Source of the DNA: Bacteroidia bacterium
Lineage (GTDB): Bacteria; Bacteroidota; Bacteroidia; M30B66
Length of the DNA stretch: 64,000 nt
NCBI GenBank assembly: GCA_965279035.1
Contig: OZ257142.1
Coordinates: forward strand, 3,456,001-3,520,000
Direction of reading: 5' to 3'
The position numbers and the translations under genes are program-made. Under the pieces are notes generated by a model. It was not told where the DNA came from. It was given only the letters and a program-made list of their open reading frames with translations, and did no database searches. Positions 20,453 through 31,195 of this stretch are shown in pieces (position 1 is the first letter of the stretch; every line of letters begins with the position of its first letter).

Positions 20453-20905
20453 TCAAATCCTGTCCAACATTGACTTGTCAATTATTTCCTTTAATTCGTT
20501 TTTGTCATCGTCACTAAGCCCTAAGACAAAGCTATTCATAATCTCAATGGCGTCTAAAATCTCTAATCTTGATTTGATAAACCCTTTCTTCTTAATTGTA
20601 TTATAAAGTTTAATCTTCTTATTAATAAAAGCAACACCATCTTCACCCATTTTGTCTTTTAGAAAATTTAACGCACTAAGTTGTTCGTCTTTTGTAAGCG
20701 AATTATTTCCAATTATCAGGTTGTTAATTATGTTGTCAAATATCCTCATTCTTCTTAAACTCCCGCTTTGTATTCGCTGCTCCAACTCTTTGTTTGAAGC
20801 ATCTCTATAAGGGAATATTTTATCAATTTTATTCAGTTCTAAAAACTCCATAAAATAATTGGCTCGCCTCACTAAAAATTCAAATTCATGATTCTTTTGT
20901 TGCAT
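20453..20905 (-). CDS. Hypothetical protein
   Basis: 150-aa ORF co-oriented in a multi-gene cassette. Confidence 0.6.
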   Translation of the reverse strand: MQQKNHEFEFLVRRANYFMEFLELNKIDKIFPYRDASNKELEQRIQSGSLRRMRIFDNIINNLIIGNNSLTKDEQLSALNFLKDKMGEDGVAFINKKIKLYNTIKKKGFIKSRLEILDAIEIMNSFVLGLSDDDKNELKEIIDKSMLDRI

Positions 20906-20933
20906 AATTTTTCCAGGTCGTTATTATTAGTCA

Positions 20934-21308
20934 TTACTTGAATTGATAATCATATTGATATTTCTTGTCCAATTTAAAAAACTGTCCGCTTGAACCTGAA
21001 CCAAAAACTTTTCCATTTGTGCATAATATAATTGTTTTGTCGCTACATACAATCAGTATTTCATCCCAATTTGCACCTTTCCAAGGTCCGTCCATTTCGG
21101 ATTCGTTAAGGTCTATCACAAAGGTTTTAATTGAGTCCTTGTCAGAAATAAGTTTTGTAAACTGTTGGGCGGCACGATGAGTTGTAATAGATATTTGATT
21201 TACTGTTTCATAATTTATCATTCCGTTAATTTCAGAAAAGGTCTTGCTGGACATACAACTACTTAAAGAAATAATTGTCAGCAGTAATGGCATTAAAAGT
21301 TTGTTCAT
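20934..21308 (-). CDS. Hypothetical lipoprotein
   Basis: LSSC lipobox. Confidence 0.65.
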   Translation of the reverse strand: MNKLLMPLLLTIISLSSCMSSKTFSEINGMINYETVNQISITTHRAAQQFTKLISDKDSIKTFVIDLNESEMDGPWKGANWDEILIVCSDKTIILCTNGKVFGSGSSGQFFKLDKKYQYDYQFK

Positions 21309-21332
21309 TGCTCGTCTGTTTAAGTTCTTAAT

Positions 21333-22247
21333 TTAATCTCTGCACCACACCTCATTTACTTTGTTTGTTGTAGTGTCAAAATGCACTGTCATAAAGAATA
21401 ACCAAGTTCCACCCAAACCTAATGGTCCATTTTTTTTCCCCAAGTCAACCTCATAAACTAAAGGTGATGTCGTGTCACTTGCAGTTGGGCTTCCCAACAT
21501 TTGCAAAACATCTGATTTTGATTTACCAATTAAAATACTGTCAGCAATAAGTTTGTCAACCATTTCGCCTCTTACTCTTCTGTCGCCATTCAACCATTTT
21601 GCTTTGTCAAAGTTTAAGGCAACACCATTAAGATATTTTCTTACCCAAACTTCACCTCCTTTGTTCTTGTAAGCAATTAGCCCTTCTTTTTTTGTCCAAT
21701 AAAGTTCTGTAACATCACTTTCGTTTTTTATTCTTTCAGGATAGCTGTGTTTAATCAGATAATAATTCCAAAACTTACTGTCGTTTAACTTTACTGTGTC
21801 TGTATGCAGTTCGCCTATTGTTAAATCGTGTTTTGAGTAAAATCCTTTAAAGTTAAAACTGAACTCAAGTTGTTTGGGTTTTGGCGACTTTGATATGGAA
21901 AACAAACTTTGATAGTCAATTTTTGTTTTTGCATTTACTGTTGAAGTTCCATGCCAAATGTCAACAGGAAGATGTTTAATTAGGTACGATAAATTATTTG
22001 TTGGTCTTGGTGACATAAAAAATCCTCCTCCTTTAACCTGCTCCGAAAGAGTATCAATAATCAATAATGTGTCAATGTCATGCAAGTTGCTTTCGTAATA
22101 AATTGTATCACCCAGATGCAATGAAGAAGCAAATGTTAACTCGTCATTTGAGAAATCAAAATCTTTTTGGTCATAAGAGTTGCAAGCAGACAATAGGGCT
22201 GTCAAAAGTGTGAATACTATAAACGTTGTCTTGCTGTTATTTTTCAT
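21333..22247 (-). CDS. Hypothetical lipoprotein with BamE/SmpA-like C-terminus
   Basis: LSAC lipobox; LIGKSKSDVLQMLGSP motif. Confidence 0.65.
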   Translation of the reverse strand: MKNNSKTTFIVFTLLTALLSACNSYDQKDFDFSNDELTFASSLHLGDTIYYESNLHDIDTLLIIDTLSEQVKGGGFFMSPRPTNNLSYLIKHLPVDIWHGTSTVNAKTKIDYQSLFSISKSPKPKQLEFSFNFKGFYSKHDLTIGELHTDTVKLNDSKFWNYYLIKHSYPERIKNESDVTELYWTKKEGLIAYKNKGGEVWVRKYLNGVALNFDKAKWLNGDRRVRGEMVDKLIADSILIGKSKSDVLQMLGSPTASDTTSPLVYEVDLGKKNGPLGLGGTWLFFMTVHFDTTTNKVNEVWCRD

Positions 22248-22317
22248 TGTGGTTGTAACTGTTCATTTATTGCAGGATGTTCAAAGTTAGCACTGTCGCC
22301 AATTGGTTGCGTATAAC

Positions 22318-23582
22318 CTTTAGACTTGCAGTCAAAGATTTTAGCTGATAAATTTACCATAAATAAATGTAGTTAACCGAAAGCAGGGCGACCTATGCGC
22401 TAACAAGGATAATAGGCCTATGGAACGATATAGTGCCCTACTTTCTGGTTATTTAAGCCTCAGATAGATATTCGGGATTCAGGCCCATTATAAAGGTTTT
22501 GAGGTACAAATAACCATTGGTTAATCCGTTTTGCTAATTATAAAATTATGAATTCAAACCAGAACAACCAAAAACATTTTGTAGGAACAGATGTTTCAAA
22601 AGAAACACTTGATGTAACGATCTTTTTCAACTCCTCAATGCATTTTCATCAGCAATTTTCAAATGACAGCAAGGGCTTTAAGCAATTGCTGAAATGGCTA
22701 GAAACCTATCCTGAATTCAGTTTTGAAAATACTTTATTCTGCATGGAACATACAGGAATTTACACTCGTCAGTTTGTTGAATTCCTCCTTTCGAAAGAAG
22801 CAAAGGTATGGATGGAGTCGGCACTGCATTTAAAGCGTTCTATGGGCATGACAAGGGGCAAAAGTGATAAGATCGATTCACTGCGAATTGCACGCTATGC
22901 AATGACTCATCAGGACCAAGCCAGGCTCGTAAATCTTTCCAATAAAACATTGTTGCTTATCAAAGACCTTATGAGTGCAAGAGAGCGGAGTAAAAAGGCC
23001 TACCAGTCCATAAAAGTCTCCATTGATGAAATGCAAAGAGTCGATGCAGCAACAGCAAAAGAGCTCTTGAGGATTAATAAACCAGCCCTTTCTGGATTAT
23101 TGAAAAGCAAGATGGCGTTGGAAAAACGGATGATGGAATTAATAGCGATGGATCCTGAACTGAACGAGCTATTTGAGCTGGTTACTTCTGTCAAAGGTGT
23201 GGGTAATGTATTGGCAACCGAACTGATTGTTTATACACATGCATTTAAAAGAATGGATGAAGCCAAACAACTGGCCTGCTATTGCGGAGTCGCTCCTTTT
23301 TCTCATACTTCCGGCACGAGTGTGCATGGAAGAAATGGAACTTCAAACTTTGCTAACATGGGACTTAAATCAACTTTACACTTGGCTGCACTTTCTTCAA
23401 TTCGTTACGTACCTGAGCTTAAAACATATTATCAGAGGAAAGTAGCTGAGGGAAAATCCAAAATGAGCGTAATTAATGCCGTGCGGAATAAACTGTTGCA
23501 ACGTGTCTTAGCAGTGGTAAAAAGAGGAACGCCTTACCAAGAAAATTATCAAGTAAATTAATTTGGAAAACTCATAGATATC
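22318..23582 (+). mobile_element. IS110 copy 5
   Basis: Same ends, length and target. Confidence 0.95.
22548..23561 (+). CDS. IS110 recombinase
   Basis: Identical protein. Confidence 0.95.
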   Translation: MNSNQNNQKHFVGTDVSKETLDVTIFFNSSMHFHQQFSNDSKGFKQLLKWLETYPEFSFENTLFCMEHTGIYTRQFVEFLLSKEAKVWMESALHLKRSMGMTRGKSDKIDSLRIARYAMTHQDQARLVNLSNKTLLLIKDLMSARERSKKAYQSIKVSIDEMQRVDAATAKELLRINKPALSGLLKSKMALEKRMMELIAMDPELNELFELVTSVKGVGNVLATELIVYTHAFKRMDEAKQLACYCGVAPFSHTSGTSVHGRNGTSNFANMGLKSTLHLAALSSIRYVPELKTYYQRKVAEGKSKMSVINAVRNKLLQRVLAVVKRGTPYQENYQVN

Positions 23583-23707
23583 GTTCCGCACACACCTGAA
23601 GAGCCAAATGAGATGAACGGAATGCTTTAGATTAGACGAATATAACAAGAAAAACGAATGCCTCAAACTCCCGAAATGCTTGGCTTTGCTGGTGTGTGCT
23701 GTTATGC
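23583..23707 (-). repeat. attC-like site A, IS110-disrupted
   Basis: Family A sequence. Confidence 0.9.
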
Positions 23708-23717
23708 CATGTGCAAA

Positions 23718-23885
23718 TTATGCTTTGACTTTCTTCTTTTTATCAGCCGGTTTTCTTGATAAAATACGGTTACGTTCAATTCGTTTTTGAGCAAAGTAAT
23801 TACTCAGTGCTAATTCTTCTTCTTTTGTTAATTTATCTTGCCCTCCGATGAAATCAACATCTAATTCAACAGATTTCTTTTTCAT
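23718..23885 (-). CDS. Small 55-aa protein missing from the ORF track
   Basis: MKKKSVELDVDFIGGQDKLTKEEELALSNYFAQKR...; starts 2 nt after the upstream stop and ends beside the site. Confidence 0.7.
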   Translation of the reverse strand: MKKKSVELDVDFIGGQDKLTKEEELALSNYFAQKRIERNRILSRKPADKKKKVKA

Positions 23886-23887
23886 GA

Positions 23888-24418
23888 TTAAAAAATTGGG
23901 AAATATTTACCAATCAATTTCAAAGCTGCTTGAGTCTCAATAATCATAACACGATTACTTAAATGAAATGCACCAAGTGTCTTTTCATAATGTTCTATTA
24001 ATTGTGATTTCGATAAAAATGAAATAGCTCCTTGAAATCCTCTTTGAAATGACAATTTGCATGCAAATGCTACTAAATTGCCAGGCACGCCATTATACAT
24101 TTTATTCTTTCCTTTATTAAAATGCGCACTTTCTATTAAGTGCATATAAACATGATCAGGTTTTACTTCGATACTAACTAATCCTTGAATTATATTTGGA
24201 TTACCGACAATCGTTAATTTAAAAACTTCTCTTAATGGATTCTTAAGTTCAAGTTTCCAATCAAAATCCCAGTCCTTTTTTTTGCTTATTGCTTTAATAT
24301 CAACTGCTGTCAATACAGAAACCTCCGTTTGAAAACTATCGCCAGAAATAGTATTTTCAATCGAATTGGTCAACTTATCGACTATAAAGTCTAATCCAGT
24401 ATCTTTTTGATGTTTCAC
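23888..24418 (-). CDS. GNAT-like acetyltransferase-fold protein
   Basis: VYMHLIESA...YNGVPGNLVAFACKLS...LSKSQLIEHYEK.LG resembles the GNAT acetyl-CoA region. Confidence 0.55.
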   Translation of the reverse strand: MKHQKDTGLDFIVDKLTNSIENTISGDSFQTEVSVLTAVDIKAISKKKDWDFDWKLELKNPLREVFKLTIVGNPNIIQGLVSIEVKPDHVYMHLIESAHFNKGKNKMYNGVPGNLVAFACKLSFQRGFQGAISFLSKSQLIEHYEKTLGAFHLSNRVMIIETQAALKLIGKYFPIF

Positions 24419-24483
24419 AAGTGAAAGTTAAGCATTACAAATTGTACTGCCAAATCTCATCTTGTCGATATCATTTGCATTGG

Positions 24484-24615
24484 GCATAACGTTTTGCAGC
24501 TACCCGAAGGGCGGGACTTTTACCACAAAACTTGATTTGAAAAGCTAAAGTTTGATTAACCACAAAACTGTCATTGGAACACGAAACCCCGCTTTTTGGG
24601 TAGGTGCTGTTAGGT
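24484..24615 (-). repeat. attC-like site, family D
   Basis: GCAGCTACCCGAAGGGCGGG...CCCGCTTTTTGGGTAGGTGC-T-GTTA. Confidence 0.9.
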
Positions 24616-24752
24616 GCTGGCGTTCTGTCTGTCGTTGCTCTGTTGTCCATTGTTTGCAGTGTCTTTGGTGCGTTGGCTTGGTGGCTCTTTTGCATTTTTT
24701 GTTTGGCTTTGTGCGTTTGAAAAAAATGCAAATGTGCCACCAAATGCGTTGG

Positions 24753-27700
24753 CTATTGTCCTTCAATTATTTTCTGTTCTTCTGGTGTAATGTCGTAAAG
24801 CTTATAAACTAATTGGTCAATTTTCCTTTCAAGGTCGGTAGTTGAAGTTCCTTTTTTGCTTATTATTTTTCTACCAAATCTATAAATGGTTGTTGTTCTG
24901 TTGGGCTAATTTTTTTAACAGGAATTTCTGTCAGTGGTGTATAATACAACTCTAAACTTTCTCCTTTTCTTTTGCCTTTATTGTAAAGCCAAAAGAAGTA
25001 AAGTTTTGAATTTAACAATGCAAGAATATATTTGAGACTAAAGTCTTTTTTTGCATTGGTTATATAGTAAACATCTGCACTAGAATACCATATACTATTG
25101 TTGTAACCAAAAACATTCGATTTAGTCCTTTGAGGGCAAACAATTTTTTCACCTTCAAAAACTGATTTTGTTCTTGCTGCAAAAATAACCCACCATTTAC
25201 CAAGTTTTACTGCCGCTTGCATTTCTCCTCTTTCTTGGCTTCTGTTTTTTATTACAGCCTCAAACTTTTCAAAATGTTTTTTAATTGTTGGATAATTTCC
25301 TATTTAAATATCCCTTGTTGCATATATTACTTGATACTTTGATTCATCAGAAGTCCAATATTTGTGAATGTCAGAGTTCTTAAACCAAGGTCTAATTAAT
25401 TCTAATTCTTGTTTTGAAAATTTTTTATTATTTACTTCTTCATTTGTAAGAACATAAACACCTTGATTGATATTTTCAACTTGTGTTAGTTCATTTTCAA
25501 TATGCTTATTTGAAATTCTATCCACGCCACTTAAAATTCCTTGACTAATGTCACAAATTTCAATTAACGGAGTTCCTTGATCAATTATTTTATTGAAAAT
25601 TGAATTATCTTTAGTAGAATTTTCTTTATTTCCTAAGCCCTGTAAGCGGATATAATTGTTTGTCGTTTCATATAGTTCAGTTTGTGGTGCTAAATAAATT
25701 TTTGAATTTTCGTTCTGTGCTGAGATAACTTTATCAAACAGTTCTTGATTACAGTCGCCAGTTTCAGATGTTACAAGATTATGTGCTAGTGAAGTAGCAT
25801 TTATTCCTTTGGTTAAAAATGTTATTAAGTTATGTTGACCTTTAGCAGATTCAAATATTCTTAGCTCATTCAAATTAACTAAACCGTTTATAGTTGCACT
25901 ATTTTTAAAGTCGGTTCGTAAATTTTCACCTCCGTCACTTGTTAAATAGTAGTTTGTTGTGATGTAAGCCAGTTTCCCATTTTCTTTAAGCAATTGCAGT
26001 CCCAAATGAAAAAAGAAATAAAATATATCCATTTTCCTTTGATAAAAATTTGCAAGGTTGCCTTGGCGAATAATTCTGAATACTTCTTTATGACCTTTTT
26101 CTCCGATGTATGGTGGATTTCCAATTATAGCGTCAAAGCCTTCAAATTCGCCATTATTATTAAGAACTTCTGGAAATTCAAATCGCCATTCAAATGCACT
26201 TTTATAGATTACGTTATTTTTTATTTCCTCAATTTCTTTGGAAAGAATATTGATGTCAGCTTCTAATTTTATTTGATTATCCTTTTGTATCTTTTTCTGT
26301 TTACTATCAAGTTCAAATAATTTTCCTTGATTTAGCAAATTAAAAAGGTCTCCGCTAAGTTTTCTGAGTTTAATTTGTTTGGGGTCATTGTTGCCAATTT
26401 CAGTTCGAAAATCAGATTTAATACTGTCAATGATTTTTTGCAAACCTCTTTTAACATCACGACTTTTTTCGTTTTTGTAATCGTTTACAAATCCTCTGTA
26501 TGCTTTTACATCGTATTTGATGCTTTTCAAAGCTTTGCTTAAATCTGAATCAAACGTAAACCTACTTAACAAACTATTTCCACATTTAATATTGATGTCA
26601 ATATTTGGAAGTGTTTCAAGTTCAGCATAATTCGTTTCTGCTTTGTAATAAGCATTTTTTAAAAGCTCTATCCACAAACGTAAACGGCAAATTTTTACGG
26701 AGTTTGGATTGATATCAACGCCAAACAAGCAGTTTTCGATTATTGTTTGCTTTTCGTGGAAAAGTGTTTTTTGAATCCTATTGCTTTCTTTATTTAATGG
26801 ATTGTATGCAAAAATGTTGCTGTTTTCATCAGTAATAATAAGTTCATCATTTATTATTTCAATTTCATAATCTCTAAGAGTTTTCCCTTTCTCGTCCATT
26901 AGTATACCGAGTTCACTTTTTACCGCTATTATTTCGTTAAGTGCAGAAACTAAAAAGTGACCAGAGCCGACTGCTGGGTCGCAAATTTTAATTGAATTAA
27001 TTATTTCGTTTGCTTCTTTTTTGTCTTCAATTTTATTGTAAAGTTCATCGAATTGCTTAATGTTCCATTTTTTATTTACATTGAATTTCTCAACAACAGC
27101 AAGGCGAATTGATTGTTTACACATATACATCGTGATAAATGCTGGCGTGAAAATCGAACCGTCTTTGTAACCATTAATTTTTTCAAATACTTTACCAAGA
27201 ACCGAGGCATTAATAATTGTTTTATTGTCTTCTTGAACATCTTCAGTTCCTTCACTTGCAAAGTCGTAAGCATCTAAAAACTGAAAAAGATAATCCAAAG
27301 TGGGCAGCGAAGCTGCCTTCTTTTTTGTATCTTTTAATATTGTTGTTCCAATTATTTCAAGTTGTCCGTTGTTATCAAGTGAATTTATTTTAATCGTTAA
27401 GTCTTCTAATTCGCTTATCTCAAAAAGTGAACTATTTAAGTATGGAACTTTGCTATACTTAATTTTAATTGCATCAGTTCTTTCTGTTAGATTTATAGCT
27501 AAAACTTTATGAAACAGTTTAAACAATTCATCAAAATCATTTATCATTGATGAATTTAGGAAGCGATACTCCTTATTACCTTGATGATAAGTTATGAGTT
27601 GACCTTCTAATAATTTTAGAAACAGGATTCTGTTTATCCAAGTAATACAAAGCTCAAGCGAAATATTATATATCCTTTCTTCTTTATTTTCTCCATATAA

Positions 27701-28621
27701 AGATTGGTCGGGAATTCTATGTAAAACATCTTCTGTATTTAATGCTTCTATAGTTGCTTCAAAAAGTGAAGCTAGGTTCCGGTTTTCTTTTTTACGCCTA
27801 ATTATATTCCTACCACCTTCCTTAACTTCTTCAAGTCCGATTATGTGAAGTAGTTCTCTATAGAACTTTTCGTTAAGAGAGTTACTATCGTTTGGTGTTG
27901 CTACTTTTAATAAGTGTGTTGGTGAAAGAATTTTGAATAATGCAATTAATTCTTTGTCGTCCTCTTTATTGTTGTTTCTTAAAACCTTATCATATTCTCT
28001 GATGTCGAAGTAAACACAAGGTATTTCAACTTCAATTTTGGCAACTATTTTGGCTATTTCTTCATAAAAAAACGGGTTATCTTTTTTGTCGTTGAGTTTG
28101 GTTTCGTATAGTTTTTTTATTTGTGTATTTCGGTAAATATGTTTGTCGAAATAATTTGCGTCAATAATAAACCATTGGTTTACATTGGTCATTACCAACT
28201 GTTTTAGTTGGTTGTTTCCTGCTTGGTTTCTCTCGTCTAAGTAATAAAGTATAAGTTCGTGAAGTGCTTTTTTGTTAGGGTTGTCAGCCGTTACCATTTC
28301 ACCAATATTGGTAGGCCGTTTGGCTTCTATAATTACTCCAACCTCGCTGTCAGTTGTCTTGCCGAGATGAATTACAAGGTCTTTTTTGTCTTTGGTGTTG
28401 ATTGCGTTGGTGTCACGATAGTATGTGTCCCGCAGAAAGTCACGTAAGTCGTTTTTTAAATGTTCTTCACTTTCGTCTTTAGGTCGTTTTTCTATAACGC
28501 TGATTTTGTCGAGTAAAGCAATGAGGTTTGTTTTAAAAACGTCAATTTCGCTTCTCAAAGGTTTTTGCTTTAAGAAGGCTTTTAGTGCTTTTTTCGGTGT
28601 TTGCGTTATTAGTTTCATCAA
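24753..28621 (-). pseudogene. Type IIG restriction-modification enzyme (Eco57I/TaqI_C-like), with nonsense codon at 25304-25306 and frameshift near 24866
   Basis: IIEAK nuclease motif, DPAVGSGHF motif I, GNPPY motif IV; reading continues in frame after TAA; terminal IDQLVYKLYDITPEEQKIIEGQ lies in a shifted frame. Confidence 0.85.
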
Positions 28622-28869
28622 ATTTTCTATGTCAATTATTAAGCTCGCTAAGTTAAGTTTTAAAACCGTTTTTCAGTCCAAAGTTGTCGGCAAATTGTCA
28701 ACCTGCTGAATGTCTTGGTGCGGTTGGGCAAAATTAAATGTGCTGCAATTTGGGTCGGCTTGTGCGGTTGCATTGCAGCTCTTTTAATTTTGCGAAGCGT
28801 TGGCATTTTGTCGTCTGTTTTAATGTTAGTTTGTTGTCTGTTGTGTCGTCCTTTACGCTTGCACCTAAC

Positions 28870-30134
28870 CTTTAGACTTGCAGTCAAAGATTTTAGCTGA
28901 TAAATTTACCATAAATAAATGTAGTTAACCGAAAGCAGGGCGACCTATGCGCTAACAAGGATAATAGGCCTATGGAACGATATAGTGCCCTACTTTCTGG
29001 TTATTTAAGCCTCAGATAGATATTCGGGATTCAGGCCCATTATAAAGGTTTTGAGGTACAAATAACCATTGGTTAATCCGTTTTGCTAATTATAAAATTA
29101 TGAATTCAAACCAGAACAACCAAAAACATTTTGTAGGAACAGATGTTTCAAAAGAAACACTTGATGTAACGATCTTTTTCAACTCCTCAATGCATTTTCA
29201 TCAGCAATTTTCAAATGACAGCAAGGGCTTTAAGCAATTGCTGAAATGGCTAGAAACCTATCCTGAATTCAGTTTTGAAAATACTTTATTCTGCATGGAA
29301 CATACAGGAATTTACACTCGTCAGTTTGTTGAATTCCTCCTTTCGAAAGAAGCAAAGGTATGGATGGAGTCGGCACTGCATTTAAAGCGTTCTATGGGCA
29401 TGACAAGGGGCAAAAGTGATAAGATCGATTCACTGCGAATTGCACGCTATGCAATGACTCATCAGGACCAAGCCAGGCTCGTAAATCTTTCCAATAAAAC
29501 ATTGTTGCTTATCAAAGACCTTATGAGTGCAAGAGAGCGGAGTAAAAAGGCCTACCAGTCCATAAAAGTCTCCATTGATGAAATGCAAAGAGTCGATGCA
29601 GCAACAGCAAAAGAGCTCTTGAGGATTAATAAACCAGCCCTTTCTGGATTATTGAAAAGCAAGATGGCGTTGGAAAAACGGATGATGGAATTAATAGCGA
29701 TGGATCCTGAACTGAACGAGCTATTTGAGCTGGTTACTTCTGTCAAAGGTGTGGGTAATGTATTGGCAACCGAACTGATTGTTTATACACATGCATTTAA
29801 AAGAATGGATGAAGCCAAACAACTGGCCTGCTATTGCGGAGTCGCTCCTTTTTCTCATACTTCCGGCACGAGTGTGCATGGAAGAAATGGAACTTCAAAC
29901 TTTGCTAACATGGGACTTAAATCAACTTTACACTTGGCTGCACTTTCTTCAATTCGTTACGTACCTGAGCTTAAAACATATTATCAGAGGAAAGTAGCTG
30001 AGGGAAAATCCAAAATGAGCGTAATTAATGCCGTGCGGAATAAACTGTTGCAACGTGTCTTAGCAGTGGTAAAAAGAGGAACGCCTTACCAAGAAAATTA
30101 TCAAGTAAATTAATTTGGAAAACTCATAGATATC
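28870..30134 (+). mobile_element. IS110 copy 6
   Basis: Same ends, length and target. Confidence 0.95.
29100..30113 (+). CDS. IS110 recombinase
   Basis: Identical protein. Confidence 0.95.
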   Translation: MNSNQNNQKHFVGTDVSKETLDVTIFFNSSMHFHQQFSNDSKGFKQLLKWLETYPEFSFENTLFCMEHTGIYTRQFVEFLLSKEAKVWMESALHLKRSMGMTRGKSDKIDSLRIARYAMTHQDQARLVNLSNKTLLLIKDLMSARERSKKAYQSIKVSIDEMQRVDAATAKELLRINKPALSGLLKSKMALEKRMMELIAMDPELNELFELVTSVKGVGNVLATELIVYTHAFKRMDEAKQLACYCGVAPFSHTSGTSVHGRNGTSNFANMGLKSTLHLAALSSIRYVPELKTYYQRKVAEGKSKMSVINAVRNKLLQRVLAVVKRGTPYQENYQVN

Positions 30135-30259
30135 GTTCCGCACACACTTGAAGTGCCAAATGAAATGAGCAGAATGCTTTAGATTAAACGAAAGTAACAA
30201 AGAAAACGGATGATTCAATACAGCGGAAAGCTTGGCATTTCTAGTGTGTGCTGTTAGCA
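30135..30259 (-). repeat. attC-like site A (diverged), IS110-disrupted
   Basis: GTTCCGCACACACTTG...CTAGTGTGTGCTGTTAG with compensatory changes. Confidence 0.88.
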
Positions 30260-30292
30260 GATGTGCCTAAACTAAAATCTAATCATGATAAA

Positions 30293-30324
30293 GTTTGCAA
30301 TTTGAAAACATTTGATTACTTTTG
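30293..30324 (+). promoter_or_regulatory. higBA promoter and operator
   Basis: TTTG(30294)-19 nt-TACTTTTG(30317) Bacteroidota consensus; imperfect palindrome GTTTGCAA-T-TTGAAAAC. Confidence 0.6.
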
Positions 30325-30328
30325 CCTT

Positions 30329-30655
30329 GTGAAAGTTCTTGTCAAGAAAACGATTCTATTTTATATCAAAAAATATCCAATGGCTGAAACTCAGCTAATG
30401 ATTTGGTATACGGAATTTTCAAGACATCAATTTTCTAATTTCAATGAACTTAAAAAGGTTTATGGAAATGCTAGCATTGTCAATAATAATAGAGTTGTTT
30501 TCAATATTAAAGGCAATGACTTTAGATTGGTAATTTCAATAAACTTTTTACAAGCTGCATCTTATGTGATTTGGTTTGGAACTCATAAAGAATATGATAA
30601 AATTGATGTTCAAACTATTTCTTTCGACACAGCCATTCTAACAAATAAAAAGTGA
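30329..30655 (+). CDS. higB: HigB toxin
   Basis: ELKKVYGNASIVNNNRVVFNIKGNDFRL...FGTHKEYDKID; likely GTG start. Confidence 0.9.
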   Translation: MKVLVKKTILFYIKKYPMAETQLMIWYTEFSRHQFSNFNELKKVYGNASIVNNNRVVFNIKGNDFRLVISINFLQAASYVIWFGTHKEYDKIDVQTISFDTAILTNKK

Positions 30656-30659
30656 AACT

Positions 30660-31016
30660 ATGAATTGGAAAGTATTGAAAACTGAAGACGATTATAACAA
30701 AGCTTCAATTCGTATGATGGAAATATTTCATGCTGAGCCTAATACTCCTGAAAAAGATGAATTAGACCTGTTGCTTTTGCTTGTAAAAGATTTTGATGAC
30801 AAACATTATCAATTACCAGAGCTTGATGCATTGGAAGTCATTAAATACAAAATGAAAGAAAAAGGAATGAAAGCAAAAGATCTAGAGCCGATAATTGGAA
30901 GCAAAGGTCATGTTTCTGCAATTCTTTCTGGTAAACGTGAGATTACATTAAAAATGGCTCAAAAGCTGAAAAATTACTTTAGCCTTCCAGCTGAAGTTTT
31001 CTTGCATGGTGCTTAA
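30660..31016 (+). CDS. higA: HigA antitoxin (HTH)
   Basis: LKTEDDY...DELDLL...KDLEPIIGSKGHVSAILSGKREIT. Confidence 0.9.
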   Translation: MNWKVLKTEDDYNKASIRMMEIFHAEPNTPEKDELDLLLLLVKDFDDKHYQLPELDALEVIKYKMKEKGMKAKDLEPIIGSKGHVSAILSGKREITLKMAQKLKNYFSLPAEVFLHGA

Positions 31017-31054
31017 TAATGTTTCTTAGTAACGTGATGATAATTTGGCATTTC

Positions 31055-31185
31055 TGCTAACGTTCCGTGGCTTTGCGATGTGCGGAATAGATTAACGTAA
31101 TGCCTCAGATTAGACGAATCTACCCAACAATACGGATGATTCAAAGTAGCTGAAATGCCCGCATATAGCAAAGCCACTGTTAGAG
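31055..31185 (-). repeat. attC-like site, unique variant, intact
   Basis: TAAC-GTTCC-GTGGCTTTGC...GCAAAGCCAC-T-GTTA. Confidence 0.9.
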
Positions 31186-31195
31186 GCTGACAATT

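Noticed and set aside
24471-24812. ORFs spanning att sites (also 4463-4799, 8571-8828, 11854-12081, 18361-18576, 28660-28900, 38428-38643, 57994-58182, 60455-61066)
   Set aside because: Translations of palindromic repeats and skewed non-coding margins, with no protein-like features
25304-25306. Stop-codon recoding in the R-M gene
   Set aside because: TAA is used as a normal stop throughout the window, and a second frameshift lesion points to decay
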